Shown here in pieces: positions 17,561-27,187 of a DNA stretch of 64,000 nucleotides. Position 1 is the first letter of the stretch, and every line of letters starts with the position of its first letter. The DNA comes from Bacteroidota bacterium (lineage in GTDB: Bacteria > Bacteroidota > Bacteroidia > Flavobacteriales_D > Sanyastnellaceae). The stretch covers positions 110,865-174,864 of the forward strand of contig JBJOFG010000014.1 in assembly GCA_046048875.1 (NCBI GenBank), read 5' to 3'. The position numbers and the translations under genes were made by a program. The notes beneath the pieces were generated by a model, which did no database searches, was not told the DNA's origin, and was given only the letters and a program-made list of their open reading frames with translations.

Positions 17561-18865
17561 CTAGCTATTTGTCAATTCTTCAATGTTTTGAAGCTGAACG
17601 AGCTTAATTTGTCGCTCATTTACAGCCAGAATCGTGAATCTGTAACGTTCAATGACGAATTCTTGATTCACTTCAGGGAAGTCTTGATGGAAGTTTAAAA
17701 TGAGTCCACCCAAGGTGTCATATTCCTCTTCGTTTTCCGGAAGTTCAAGTTTGTATTTTTCATTGATATAATGAACATCTAAACGACCCGAGAACTCATA
17801 CCATCCTTTCTTCACCTCACGTTCAACATTGTCAATGGTGTCGTGTTCATCTTCGATCTCACCGAAGATTTCTTCAATAATATCTTCGAAGGTAATGAGT
17901 CCACTTGTTCCTCCGAATTCGTCAACAACAGCGGCAACACTTTTCTTCTGACTTCGGAATATTTTTAGAATTTCGTTGGCTGCCATAGGTTCTGGAACTA
18001 TGGCTATTGGACGAAGAATTTCCTTGATTGACTTCGGATTTTTAAAGAAATCACTGAAGTGAACATACCCAATAAGTTGGTCAATGTTCTCGCGGTAAAC
18101 AATAATTTTCGAAAGTTTGGTTTCAATAAAAAGTTCTTTCGCTTTCGCAATGCTTTCGGCGATGTCAATTGCCACAATTTCATTTCGAGGGAGCATACAG
18201 TCTCGCGCCTTCAACAAAGAAAAATCAAGTGCGTTTTGAAAGAACTGAATTTCCAAATCAAATTCATTCTGTTGTGAATTGGCACCGGTGAATCCTTCCA
18301 GGTAATGATTGAGATCTGTTCTTCCAAAGACTATATCTTGTTCTTTGGGAGAGTTTCTGAAGAGCAGCGAAATAATCCACTCGCTTACTTTGGTCACGCT
18401 GTAGGCGAACACAAAGAGAATGGCATACCAAATGGCAATAAGTGGAGAAAGCCTTAACAACCATTTGTTTGGTTGAGAGGAGAGCAGTGCCTTCGGAATA
18501 AATTCACCAAAGATAAGCACCACTAGAGTGGATATAATGGTCTGAAGAATAAGCACCCCATACGAACCAATGATTTCATTCACAGATGGAAAATTGGATT
18601 CAATAATTGCGGTAAGTACATCTCCGAAAACAATTCCGTAAATAACCAGTGAAATGTTATTTCCAACCAACAGCATGGCCAGGAACAACTTCGGTTTACC
18701 TACGAGTGACGACAATACAGAAGCGCCGAAAACGCCTTGCTTTTTATCGAGTTCAATTTTTAATTTGTTTGAAGTTAGAAAGGCGATTTCAACGCCGGAA
18801 TAAAAAGCGCAACCAACAAGGGTTCCGAGAATAATAAAAATTTGTGAGAGTTCGATATTACCCAT
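17561..18865 (-). CDS. CNNM/HlyC-CorC family transporter (GldE-like: DUF21 + CBS pair + CorC_HlyC)
   Basis: 434 aa. Four N-terminal TM helices, a CBS-pair region and a C-terminal CorC-type domain. This is the same architecture as Flavobacterium GldE. Confidence 0.8.
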   Translation of the reverse strand: MGNIELSQIFIILGTLVGCAFYSGVEIAFLTSNKLKIELDKKQGVFGASVLSSLVGKPKLFLAMLLVGNNISLVIYGIVFGDVLTAIIESNFPSVNEIIGSYGVLILQTIISTLVVLIFGEFIPKALLSSQPNKWLLRLSPLIAIWYAILFVFAYSVTKVSEWIISLLFRNSPKEQDIVFGRTDLNHYLEGFTGANSQQNEFDLEIQFFQNALDFSLLKARDCMLPRNEIVAIDIAESIAKAKELFIETKLSKIIVYRENIDQLIGYVHFSDFFKNPKSIKEILRPIAIVPEPMAANEILKIFRSQKKSVAAVVDEFGGTSGLITFEDIIEEIFGEIEDEHDTIDNVEREVKKGWYEFSGRLDVHYINEKYKLELPENEEEYDTLGGLILNFHQDFPEVNQEFVIERYRFTILAVNERQIKLVQLQNIEELTNS

Positions 18866-19052
18866 TGTTCTTGTTCATTCTACGATACATGCCCAAGCGG
18901 AAAAGGAACCACATAAGCGCAATGCCAGGGATAAACAAATTCTCAGCGCCCTTGTCCCAACCTTGCGAAGAGATCATGTACAAGGCATAACCAAGCGAGG
19001 CTACAACCACGATGGCCCAAAGGACGAGTACTATCTTATTCAAATTATTCAT
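18858..19052 (-). CDS. small two-TM membrane protein (hypothetical)
   Basis: 64 aa from ATG 19052. It overlaps both neighbours by 8 nt, which suggests translational coupling. No family recognised. Confidence 0.4.
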   Translation of the reverse strand: MNNLNKIVLVLWAIVVVASLGYALYMISSQGWDKGAENLFIPGIALMWFLFRLGMYRRMNKNNG

Positions 19053-19596
19053 TGTTGTCTGTATTGAAATTTCCTGAAGTCTGATTGATTTCATAATTGG
19101 AAAAAGATCCGTTGCTTCGAAGTCCTCTCCCTTCTAGCATGCTGTTTTCGGAACTGATTTTAACGAAATCGGGTGTGTAAACTAAATCAGAGTCGAGATA
19201 AAAAATCAGCGAGTTGGTTTCAAGTTTTTCCTTCTTCCAATTTTCTAAAACTAAATTTCCTCTCGTCCAAAGGGTGTTACTTTTTTGAGAGAAGATAGCC
19301 TCGTTTCCATTCATGTTTCCAGTGTATTGACCGAGCGAGTCGAAGAATTGAATGTAGAAGGTTTTCGGTGCAATTAAATAGGAACTATCGCTGACGTACT
19401 GGTCTAATTGAACAGCGTATATTTTCGTTCGAACAACGCCATCAATGGAATAACTAAATGTTGAATTGAAAGTGCTTTGAACGGGAACAAGCTTCGGATC
19501 AGTAATGGCTTTAATTTCTGAGATTTCATTCTGACAACCCGTCAATATGAACATGACTGCCACCGCAGCTGCTATTTTCCGGAGGGGATTAATCAT
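19045..19596 (-). CDS. lptC: LptC-like LPS export periplasmic protein (lipoprotein)
   Basis: About 183 aa from ATG 19596. Lipobox ILTGC. Size and position (between an OMP and the CNNM/PpiD block) are typical of Bacteroidota lptC. The sequence call itself is weak. Confidence 0.5.
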   Translation of the reverse strand: MINPLRKIAAAVAVMFILTGCQNEISEIKAITDPKLVPVQSTFNSTFSYSIDGVVRTKIYAVQLDQYVSDSSYLIAPKTFYIQFFDSLGQYTGNMNGNEAIFSQKSNTLWTRGNLVLENWKKEKLETNSLIFYLDSDLVYTPDFVKISSENSMLEGRGLRSNGSFSNYEINQTSGNFNTDNNE

Positions 19597-20950
19597 ACTT
19601 TCTCTGCACGAACCAACGCTCGAACGGATGAAGTTTAAATCCAATGAGGAAAGTGGCGTAGTTCTCTTTGGTTGTTGTTTCAACAGCATTGCCATACGTT
19701 CCGAATTCGGCTGAAAGGCAAAGGCTACTTGTTGTTTTCGAAGAGCGCATAGGCATTTGCAATCCGCACGTAAAGGCTTCTTGAATAATGTTGTTTCCGT
19801 TCAATCCAACATAGGTCTCTGCGGTTTTCATTCCAACGCGATAGGTGCAAGCACCGAAGTAATTGTTTTCACCACCGTTGGCATTTGGAATGTATTCTAA
19901 TCCGATACCTAAACTGGTTGATTTATGAAAACTTTGATTGGAAACATGAATAAGATCGTTCATGCTTTCAACAGATTTCCAATCTTGTTGGCGATACGAT
20001 GCACTGAAGGAAAGTGTTCCCGATTTTTTGAACTCATGCGTAATTGCTCCACCGAGTTGAATGCGTTGTGGAATAACAAAAGACAAATTGGTATAGGTCG
20101 TATCCACTACAGTAATAACGCTCAGCTCAACGCCGGAAACGGTTCGAGTGGACTGACGAATATCTTGAACATTTGGATTCACGGTGTTTTCTAATTCATA
20201 TGTACCACCTAAGTGAAACCAGGTAGAGCGGGTAACTTTTCCTGCCGATTTTCTTTGGTGAAGAGGGAATGAATAATGTGCACCAAAGGTGAAATTCGCG
20301 TCCGAAAATGATTTGCGATTGGTAATCTTACTGTTGTAAATGGAAGTGTTGTCGTAGTCAATTCGATCTATCTGAAGAATTGAACCAAACCGGAAATTTA
20401 AGTTAGTGCCTATCGATAGGGAATGAATTCGAGAACGGGTGCTGTCTGCATAAAGGATGAACGTACGCCCCAATCCCATTTGCACTTTGTTTATTCCACC
20501 TTCCCCAGAATAACTGTATTTAGCGTTTAAGCTGTCATTGATGGCAGTGGTGTTCGAGAAGCGATAACCTACAATGCTTTCTGGTGTTATGCCCATAGCA
20601 AATCCCCATTTACTACCTGCACGCTTGAAACCAAACGCGACTTCACCAACTTGTCCGCCTAAATAGTTTGTTTGTCCAGAAGTAGAAAGCAACTGAGAAC
20701 TTTTGCCGAAGACACTTCCTTGGAAAGTGGTTTCTGAAAACAATGCAAAAGATGCAGGATTAGATAAGTTAACGCCAGATAGATCAGGCAATCCAATTGA
20801 CGCATTTCCCATGGAAGCGTATCGCGGATTAAATCCAACATCTGTTAGGCCAATTCCAAAACGCGAATAAGGTGAATTGACAGGAATTTGAGCCTGCACG
20901 TGCATGCACATCGCTGAAACCAAAACAAGAAAAACATATTTAAGATTCAT
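19589..20950 (-). CDS. outer-membrane beta-barrel protein (unknown function)
   Basis: Signal peptide ...MHVQA-Q. NSPYSRFGIG N-terminal motif. Alternating beta-strand pattern throughout. Confidence 0.5.
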   Translation of the reverse strand: MNLKYVFLVLVSAMCMHVQAQIPVNSPYSRFGIGLTDVGFNPRYASMGNASIGLPDLSGVNLSNPASFALFSETTFQGSVFGKSSQLLSTSGQTNYLGGQVGEVAFGFKRAGSKWGFAMGITPESIVGYRFSNTTAINDSLNAKYSYSGEGGINKVQMGLGRTFILYADSTRSRIHSLSIGTNLNFRFGSILQIDRIDYDNTSIYNSKITNRKSFSDANFTFGAHYSFPLHQRKSAGKVTRSTWFHLGGTYELENTVNPNVQDIRQSTRTVSGVELSVITVVDTTYTNLSFVIPQRIQLGGAITHEFKKSGTLSFSASYRQQDWKSVESMNDLIHVSNQSFHKSTSLGIGLEYIPNANGGENNYFGACTYRVGMKTAETYVGLNGNNIIQEAFTCGLQMPMRSSKTTSSLCLSAEFGTYGNAVETTTKENYATFLIGFKLHPFERWFVQRKYD

Positions 20951-21650
20951 TCGCACAAGTAATGGCATACAATCCAATTAAAGTTAAATTCAATTCTACA
21001 AAGATGCGGTAATTAAGCTGTTTCGCAAAATGCTGAGCATCGGAACCTGTAAATACAAGGTTTATGTTGGGGCTTTCTTGCAACGCTTGTTCAATATAGC
21101 CCTTCAATTCAGACAGGATGCCAAAATTCACACTACTCAACATTGCGCCTTCAGTAGAATTTTGAAAGGCCTGATCGGTTTCAGAAAAATTCAAAAGCGG
21201 TAATTTTCCTGTGAATTCATGCATGCCTCTCAAACGCGATTGAGCACCGAGTGATATGGCTCCTGAAATTAATTCGTTTTGCCGAGCTACCGAATAAGTA
21301 ATGCAAGTGCCGAAGTCAATCACTAAAGAATCTTCTCCTTTGAACAAAAGAGAAGCTCCAGCAACGTTTGCCAGTCGGTCTTTTCCGGCCACTCCAGATG
21401 TGTAGTTGTAGGAAGGGAAATGCCTATTGGGAATAGCGTAACAGAATTCAAATCGGGTTAAAAAGTCAACTTGTTCTTTTTCGCTTCGCACCGAAGAGTA
21501 CAGAAAAGGAAAATTGTATTTTTCTTTCAATTCAAGCAATTGATCAGATAAATTCTGGTCTGAAATGCGCCCCGTATTGAGCAGACCCCCATCTACAAAC
21601 GCACCCCATTTTGTAGAGGTATTCCCTTGGTCGAGAACAATGCAGTTCAT
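20940..21650 (-). CDS. coaX: type III pantothenate kinase
   Basis: 236 aa. LDQGNTSTK (DxGNT) phosphate-1 motif and the later IDFGTC motif. Confidence 0.85.
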   Translation of the reverse strand: MNCIVLDQGNTSTKWGAFVDGGLLNTGRISDQNLSDQLLELKEKYNFPFLYSSVRSEKEQVDFLTRFEFCYAIPNRHFPSYNYTSGVAGKDRLANVAGASLLFKGEDSLVIDFGTCITYSVARQNELISGAISLGAQSRLRGMHEFTGKLPLLNFSETDQAFQNSTEGAMLSSVNFGILSELKGYIEQALQESPNINLVFTGSDAQHFAKQLNYRIFVELNLTLIGLYAITCANES

Positions 21651-23734
21651 TACTGTGGCCTGTTGTTTAGAACGGTTATGGTTCCTCTTCTTTCGTGTAA
21701 TACACCTCGTCCATCCTTCACAGTGATGTAGTAGACATAGGCGTTTTCATGAACGAACTCACCTTTCATTTTTCCGTCCCATGCTTCTGAGAGTTTTTGA
21801 CTTTCAAATACATAATCACCCCACCGACTAAAAATATTCAGGGTGTATGTTGAAGTGTCGGCAAATGAAATGACTGGAAAGAACAGATTGTTTTCGCCGT
21901 CAATCATCATGGCGTTAGGAATCCAAATGAGCGGCTCTTGATTCACACATTTTTTGTTGCTGTATGAATAAAAAGTTTCGTTTGGGAAGTAACTAATTGG
22001 TTCAGAAAGCGCTTCGATTCGATAACAGAATTGCCCCTTTGAATCTAAGAATGGCTCTAGATCTTCGCTGAATGAAAGTTGTGCAGGTGTGTTTGATGCA
22101 GCCGATGTTTCTGCTGTTCCGTCAATTGAACGAAGAATTTGATATTCCTGCACGCCATTTTCCCATTCAGCATAATTCGACCAATTCAAATTGTTAATCA
22201 ATAGTTCTGAATTATTAGCTCCACGAAGTCGGATGTTACGCCCCACGTTTGTCGTGTCGAGGTAATATCCGCATGGGTTTTGGACGATTACGCGATAATC
22301 GTAAATAACATCGTCTGAATTCACATCGATATCTGTAAAGACAATATCAGTTGCCGACTGCGTAATATCCATATGATATTCCCAATCGTAAGGTGCATAT
22401 AGATTTTTGCGTTGAAGAATGTATTTGTGCGGAACCAGAGTAGCCTCTGTTCTAACGGTCACCTCAATTTCTTTTGCGCTGTTCACACTAACGGAAGTGA
22501 GGTAATTGATGCTTGGTGGTGTCGGATACGCGATATTAATGATTTGAATATTCGATGCCGAATTTACGCCTGAGGTAGAGTAGGCAATGACTCCGTAATA
22601 GTTCACTCCAGATGTTATACTCGTGAACTCGTGCGTTCCAGAAAGTGTGTTTCCATCGACTGTGTCAACCGGAGTAAAATTCACACCGTCGGTGCTATGC
22701 ATAAGGACATAGTAGTCCACGTCAGAGTTCCAACCGGAATAGGCGCTCCAAGAAAAATCAATAAGATTGTCGCAGAGGGTGTAAGTAGAAGGACTTAAAA
22801 AGATTGTGCAATTGCAAACACTTCCGGTAGGACTTGTATTCGGACTTGGCGGTGTGCCTGAATAGCATGTATCTATTGCGGAAAGTAGATAACATTCAGG
22901 TCCTGTATTCGGGGTCGAGAGTAAATCGGCGAATTGGGTGCTATTAATTCCAAAGACGGTGTCTATGAGATTTACAGTAGATCCATTGCATGAGTATACA
23001 ATGTATCCATCTGTGTCGCCAGATGAATTTACATCCCAATTCAACTCAGCTTGACCTGTTACGGGATTTACAGTAACATTTGAAACGGTAGGAATGGCGG
23101 GTGCTGTTTGATCCGAAAAGATACCACCAGTCGTGTTACTTGCGAAGTCGCAATTCGGCAGGCCGCTGTATCTGATTTGGAAATTCAGAAAATCATTACA
23201 CACAGTTACCTCATAATCGAAAGAAGTAGAAGCGCCAGATAAGGTGGCTACTTTATTCCAAACACCGGCGGGAAATTCAACCCAAACCTCAGCATTTACG
23301 TTATTCAGCCATGTTGTATTCGGAGTCGGTGTGTTCCACTGAAGTTCTACAAAACCAGGTGGTGAGACGGAAGGTGTAGCAGTTAAATAGCTCGAACAAT
23401 ACGTTTCTGAATTTGTGAAATTTGAACTTCCGCTAACTAAATCTTCGGTAGAAATGAAAATGCAAACGGATGTTGTGGTCGCATTTACGTTGGAATAGAT
23501 ATAAGTGCCTGATAAATTTGTGGATTGAGAAACTTCCGATATTCCGCCGAGGTTGTCGGTAGCGTATATGTGATTTGTGACGAAAGAAATAGGATTAGCA
23601 GCCGTATTCCATGAAATTGATACGCTAGTGCCTTGAACTTCCAAACAAGTTATTGTGGCAATGGATTGGGCATAAACTTGCTGGGAGCAAAAAAGTCCAA
23701 CTATTGCTAAGAAGTAGTAATTACGTAATATCAT
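21650..23734 (-). CDS. T9SS type B C-terminal sorting domain (gliding-motility-associated CTD) cargo protein with Ig/Fn3-like repeats
   Basis: Signal peptide ...QQVYA-Q. The C-terminal ~90 aa (IPNAMMIDGENNLFFPV...FSRWGDYVFES...WDGKMKG...YVYYITV) is the CHU_C/type B CTD pattern. Confidence 0.8.
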   Translation of the reverse strand: MILRNYYFLAIVGLFCSQQVYAQSIATITCLEVQGTSVSISWNTAANPISFVTNHIYATDNLGGISEVSQSTNLSGTYIYSNVNATTTSVCIFISTEDLVSGSSNFTNSETYCSSYLTATPSVSPPGFVELQWNTPTPNTTWLNNVNAEVWVEFPAGVWNKVATLSGASTSFDYEVTVCNDFLNFQIRYSGLPNCDFASNTTGGIFSDQTAPAIPTVSNVTVNPVTGQAELNWDVNSSGDTDGYIVYSCNGSTVNLIDTVFGINSTQFADLLSTPNTGPECYLLSAIDTCYSGTPPSPNTSPTGSVCNCTIFLSPSTYTLCDNLIDFSWSAYSGWNSDVDYYVLMHSTDGVNFTPVDTVDGNTLSGTHEFTSITSGVNYYGVIAYSTSGVNSASNIQIINIAYPTPPSINYLTSVSVNSAKEIEVTVRTEATLVPHKYILQRKNLYAPYDWEYHMDITQSATDIVFTDIDVNSDDVIYDYRVIVQNPCGYYLDTTNVGRNIRLRGANNSELLINNLNWSNYAEWENGVQEYQILRSIDGTAETSAASNTPAQLSFSEDLEPFLDSKGQFCYRIEALSEPISYFPNETFYSYSNKKCVNQEPLIWIPNAMMIDGENNLFFPVISFADTSTYTLNIFSRWGDYVFESQKLSEAWDGKMKGEFVHENAYVYYITVKDGRGVLHERRGTITVLNNRPQ

Positions 23735-23748
23735 TTTATGAAAGAGTG

Positions 23749-23756
23749 CAAAAATA
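23749..23756 (-). promoter_or_regulatory. candidate -7 box (TAnnTTTG) for the type B cargo gene
   Basis: The reverse complement is TATTTTTG, 15 nt upstream of ATG 23734 and inside the 23788 ORF extension. This supports the shorter start. Confidence 0.35.
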
Positions 23757-23794
23757 GGCCTTCGGTTGCATAGATGGGCCATAATCAAACGGAA

Positions 23795-24739
23795 TTAGAA
23801 TGAAATATTGCCTATTGATTTTTGAGCTTCATAAAATTCAGTTAGGGTGTGCTCTATTACGTCTTTTGCTGAAATTACATTTTTGATTCGAGCGCTAACT
23901 TGTCCAATTTCCAATTCACCGTTTTCGAGGTCGCCGAGGGACATCCCTTTTTTCGCGCGGCCACGCCCAAGTAGTTCTTTTAACTCTTCAAGGCTGGCGC
24001 CTGATTCATAGGCCTTAATAACTTCTTGATAAAACCTGCTGTTAAGCAATCTTACAGGTGTTATTTCATGAAGTGTGAGTTTCGTATCGCCTTCTTTTGC
24101 TTGAAGTATTGCGTTTTTAAAATTTTCGTGTGCAGCGGATTCAATGGTCATCACAAACCTTGAACCCATTTGAACGCCTTGCGCTCCGAGAGACATAGCC
24201 GCGAGCATGGACTTTCCGCAAGAAATCCCACCTGCTGCAATTACAGGTATTGTCACTGTTTCAACCACACTCGGTATGAGGCATAGTGTTGTTGTTTCTT
24301 CTCTGCCGTTGTGCCCACCAGCTTCAAATCCTTCGGCGACAACAGCGTCTACACCCGCTTCTTGCGACTTCAAAGCAAAGGCACTGCTGCTCACCACATG
24401 TGCAACTTTTATTCCCGAAGCTTTCAATCGTTCGGTATATTTTTTTGGACTTCCTGCAGAAGTAAATACTATCGGAACACGATATTTTTCAATGAGCTGA
24501 ATATGTTCTTCAATATTTGGATAGAGCAAAGGAAGGTTTACTCCGAATGGTTTATTGGTCAGCTCTAGGCATTTTTTAATCTCTTCTTCCAATTGATCAG
24601 GATACATAGATCCCGCGCCAAGTAGCCCTAATCCGCCAGCATTAGAGACAGCAGTCACCAAATTTGCCCCGGTGCACCAAATCATTCCCCCTTGAATTAT
24701 GGGGTACTTTATTCCAAAAAGTTGACTCACTGAATTCAT
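23795..24739 (-). CDS. NAD(P)H-dependent flavin oxidoreductase (nitronate monooxygenase / FabK-like TIM barrel)
   Basis: 314 aa. IIQGGM N-terminal motif and the IPVIAAGGI ... MGSRF FMN-binding motifs. Confidence 0.8.
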   Translation of the reverse strand: MNSVSQLFGIKYPIIQGGMIWCTGANLVTAVSNAGGLGLLGAGSMYPDQLEEEIKKCLELTNKPFGVNLPLLYPNIEEHIQLIEKYRVPIVFTSAGSPKKYTERLKASGIKVAHVVSSSAFALKSQEAGVDAVVAEGFEAGGHNGREETTTLCLIPSVVETVTIPVIAAGGISCGKSMLAAMSLGAQGVQMGSRFVMTIESAAHENFKNAILQAKEGDTKLTLHEITPVRLLNSRFYQEVIKAYESGASLEELKELLGRGRAKKGMSLGDLENGELEIGQVSARIKNVISAKDVIEHTLTEFYEAQKSIGNISF

Positions 24740-24819
24740 AATGAAATTTTCCTCAAAAATGCGAAAAACAATCGAGTGTCAGAAATTGTTGATTATCTTA
24801 GCGAACGACTTTACCCAAA

Positions 24820-25809
24820 ATGAAAAAAATAGTATTCTTTCTTAGCTTGGTTTTAGCTCTTCTTTCAAATGATTCAACGGCCCAGTATCGTTGGGATTTT
24901 GGATTAAAGGTAGGCGCCTCGAATTATCTTGGAGACATTGGAGGAAAATATCTTCCTCGAAGAGACTTTGTTGTAGACATGCACTTGGTTTCCACAAGAA
25001 TGTCAGCAGGTGCCTACATGCGTTACAAAGTGAACAAGCGGTTGGCATTCTCGACGAATTTCGATTGGATTCGAATCACTGACCGTGATGCTTATACAAC
25101 CTATGCTCCCCGTCGTGCAAGAAATGCAAATTTTCAGAACGATTTATTTGAGGTAGGTGCTCGCGCAGAGATGACCATTTGGTATGACAACGATGTTGGA
25201 AACAAAGGTTATTACAACCCGGATTTTAAAGTTTTCTTGTTTGCTGGCTTGGCTGGTTATTCTTCAAATCCGAAAGGGCAGATTTACAACAATGGAGAGG
25301 TGCAATACGGTGGCGAGTGGTTCGAATTACGTGATTGGAAAACCGAAGGGCAGAAGGAATCATATGCTAAATATGGTTTAGCAATTCCCGCAGGTATTGG
25401 TGCGTATTTCACCTACAATAAAAAGTGGAGAGTGCAGTGGGATTTGAGTTGGAGAACAGTATTTACAGATTATCTTGACGACATATCTACGGTTTACACA
25501 ACCCCGAATTCTGAGGATCCCAGAGCTTACGAATACGTAAACAACCAAACTTATCAGGCTTTACTTGATGGATTAGTTGCTGAGAATCCAGAATATACAG
25601 CTGCGGATTTATCTATCGAAAATTTTCAAATTGCCCCTGCGGGTGCTACGTATCAATCTCCAAGAGGGAATGCTACGAACAATGATAGTTATTTAACCAC
25701 ACAGTTAACTGTTACTCGTGTTGTTCGTGGAAGATCAAGCTTCTATAAATCGAAGTACAGTTACATGAAAGGTAAGCCAGGCGTTAGAAGATCTCGAGCG
25801 AAGTTCTAA
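24820..25809 (+). CDS. DUF6089-like outer-membrane beta-barrel protein
   Basis: Signal peptide ...DSTA-Q. Early YLGDIGG motif. Terminal Phe. Confidence 0.5.
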   Translation: MKKIVFFLSLVLALLSNDSTAQYRWDFGLKVGASNYLGDIGGKYLPRRDFVVDMHLVSTRMSAGAYMRYKVNKRLAFSTNFDWIRITDRDAYTTYAPRRARNANFQNDLFEVGARAEMTIWYDNDVGNKGYYNPDFKVFLFAGLAGYSSNPKGQIYNNGEVQYGGEWFELRDWKTEGQKESYAKYGLAIPAGIGAYFTYNKKWRVQWDLSWRTVFTDYLDDISTVYTTPNSEDPRAYEYVNNQTYQALLDGLVAENPEYTAADLSIENFQIAPAGATYQSPRGNATNNDSYLTTQLTVTRVVRGRSSFYKSKYSYMKGKPGVRRSRAKF

Positions 25810-25811
25810 CG

Positions 25812-26579
25812 TTATAAATATTGAATCAATTTCGAAAGTGGTTTACGCAGTAGTGTAAACCACTTTGGTTTTAGGCCATTTATTTTCCAAGCCAAACGGT
25901 CTTCTCGATTTGCGCGGATGCGATTTTTTAGGCTAACGTTGCTAATACCCCCGGCACGCATGTGAATCATGACAACGGGCAAATGAATGGCGCTGCATGA
26001 TTCTTTGTAAAGAAAACGAAGCATTAATTCATAATCGGCAGCACTTTTAAATTGAGTATTGAAAGTTCCGAACTTTTCATAGCACGACTTTCGTACAAAA
26101 AAAGTTGGGTGCGGAGGCATCCATCCTTTGAGGAAGTTTTCTCTTTTGAAATCACCGCTGCGCCATTTCCGGACAATTTTATAAGTGTCAGTCGGATCGA
26201 CATAATTTAAATCGCCATAAAGACATTGGGCATCTTCTTTCTGAAAAGCTGCAACGACTTGTTCAATAACGGTATTTGAACAATAAAAGTCGTCGCTGTT
26301 TAAAACACCAATAATATCCCCAGTAGCCAGTGCCAAACCCTTATTCATGGCGTCGTAAATCCCTTTGTCTCGCTCGCACAAAAATTTAGTAACCACTCCT
26401 TGCGAAGCACCTTTCGTAGAATTCAGAAATTGCTTCACAATTTCTATCGTTCCATCTGATGAATTTCCATCAACTACGATGTATTCGATATTTTCATAGG
26501 TCTGGTTAAGTACGGAGTGAATAGTGTCAACAATGGTTTTCGCACTGTTGTAACTTACGGTAATTAGACTAACCTTCAT
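25812..26579 (-). CDS. family 2 glycosyltransferase
   Basis: 255 aa. SLITVSYN, VDGNSSDGT and NSDD (DxD) motifs. Confidence 0.85.
   Translation of the reverse strand: MKVSLITVSYNSAKTIVDTIHSVLNQTYENIEYIVVDGNSSDGTIEIVKQFLNSTKGASQGVVTKFLCERDKGIYDAMNKGLALATGDIIGVLNSDDFYCSNTVIEQVVAAFQKEDAQCLYGDLNYVDPTDTYKIVRKWRSGDFKRENFLKGWMPPHPTFFVRKSCYEKFGTFNTQFKSAADYELMLRFLYKESCSAIHLPVVMIHMRAGGISNVSLKNRIRANREDRLAWKINGLKPKWFTLLRKPLSKLIQYL
25835..25866 (+). terminator. 12-bp-stem hairpin downstream of the DUF6089-like gene, embedded in the 3' coding end of the convergent GT2 gene
   Basis: AAAGTGGTTTAC-gcagtagt-GTAAACCACTTT followed by GGTTTT. Confidence 0.45.
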
Positions 26580-26584
26580 TGGAT

Positions 26585-27187
26585 CTAGAAATTCCTTCCA
26601 ACTAAAAAATGCAAGACTTGGTTGTAGTTTCCTTTCTCGTAATAAGAATTTGGATTTGCGAAATTCGGAGAAGGACGTGTGGGAAGAATGCTCGAAGAAA
26701 ATTTCCCTTCAATAAAGAGGTGGTCACCTAGTTGTACAACAGCACCTAGGCACAAACCTGCATCAAAGTTTCGGAACGAAGGCGTAACGGGATAAGTCAA
26801 TGAGTTGGCTAGAATCTCTTGTTTGATAAGCTGGCCGTAATAGAGTCCCGATAAAAAAGTGAATGGACCATTTTGATAAGACCATTGTACGGGCACTTCA
26901 ATATAATTAAGTCGATATGAAAAGGTGTTAAAGTTGAGGGTGTCTCTTTTGGTTCGAGATCCTTTTTCGGAATAAAATAGTCCTATTCGAAGCCCATTTT
27001 TCGAGCTAAAAGGAGCATTCACGTATGCCCCACCTGTAAAGCCGAATTTGTCCCAACCACCTAAGCCATCGCCACTTATTTGTGAGGTAGTCATTCCTAG
27101 AGCTATCCCAGCATTGAAAGCTTGTTGAGACCACATTTTTTGACTCAACACAATAAATACAAGGAGAAAAAAATTAGTCAATTTCAT
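26585..27187 (-). CDS. small porin-family outer-membrane beta-barrel (OMP_b-brl_2-like)
   Basis: 200 aa. Signal peptide ...KMWS-Q, alternating strands, terminal GRNF. Overlaps the upstream gene by 14 nt. Confidence 0.6.
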   Translation of the reverse strand: MKLTNFFLLVFIVLSQKMWSQQAFNAGIALGMTTSQISGDGLGGWDKFGFTGGAYVNAPFSSKNGLRIGLFYSEKGSRTKRDTLNFNTFSYRLNYIEVPVQWSYQNGPFTFLSGLYYGQLIKQEILANSLTYPVTPSFRNFDAGLCLGAVVQLGDHLFIEGKFSSSILPTRPSPNFANPNSYYEKGNYNQVLHFLVGRNF

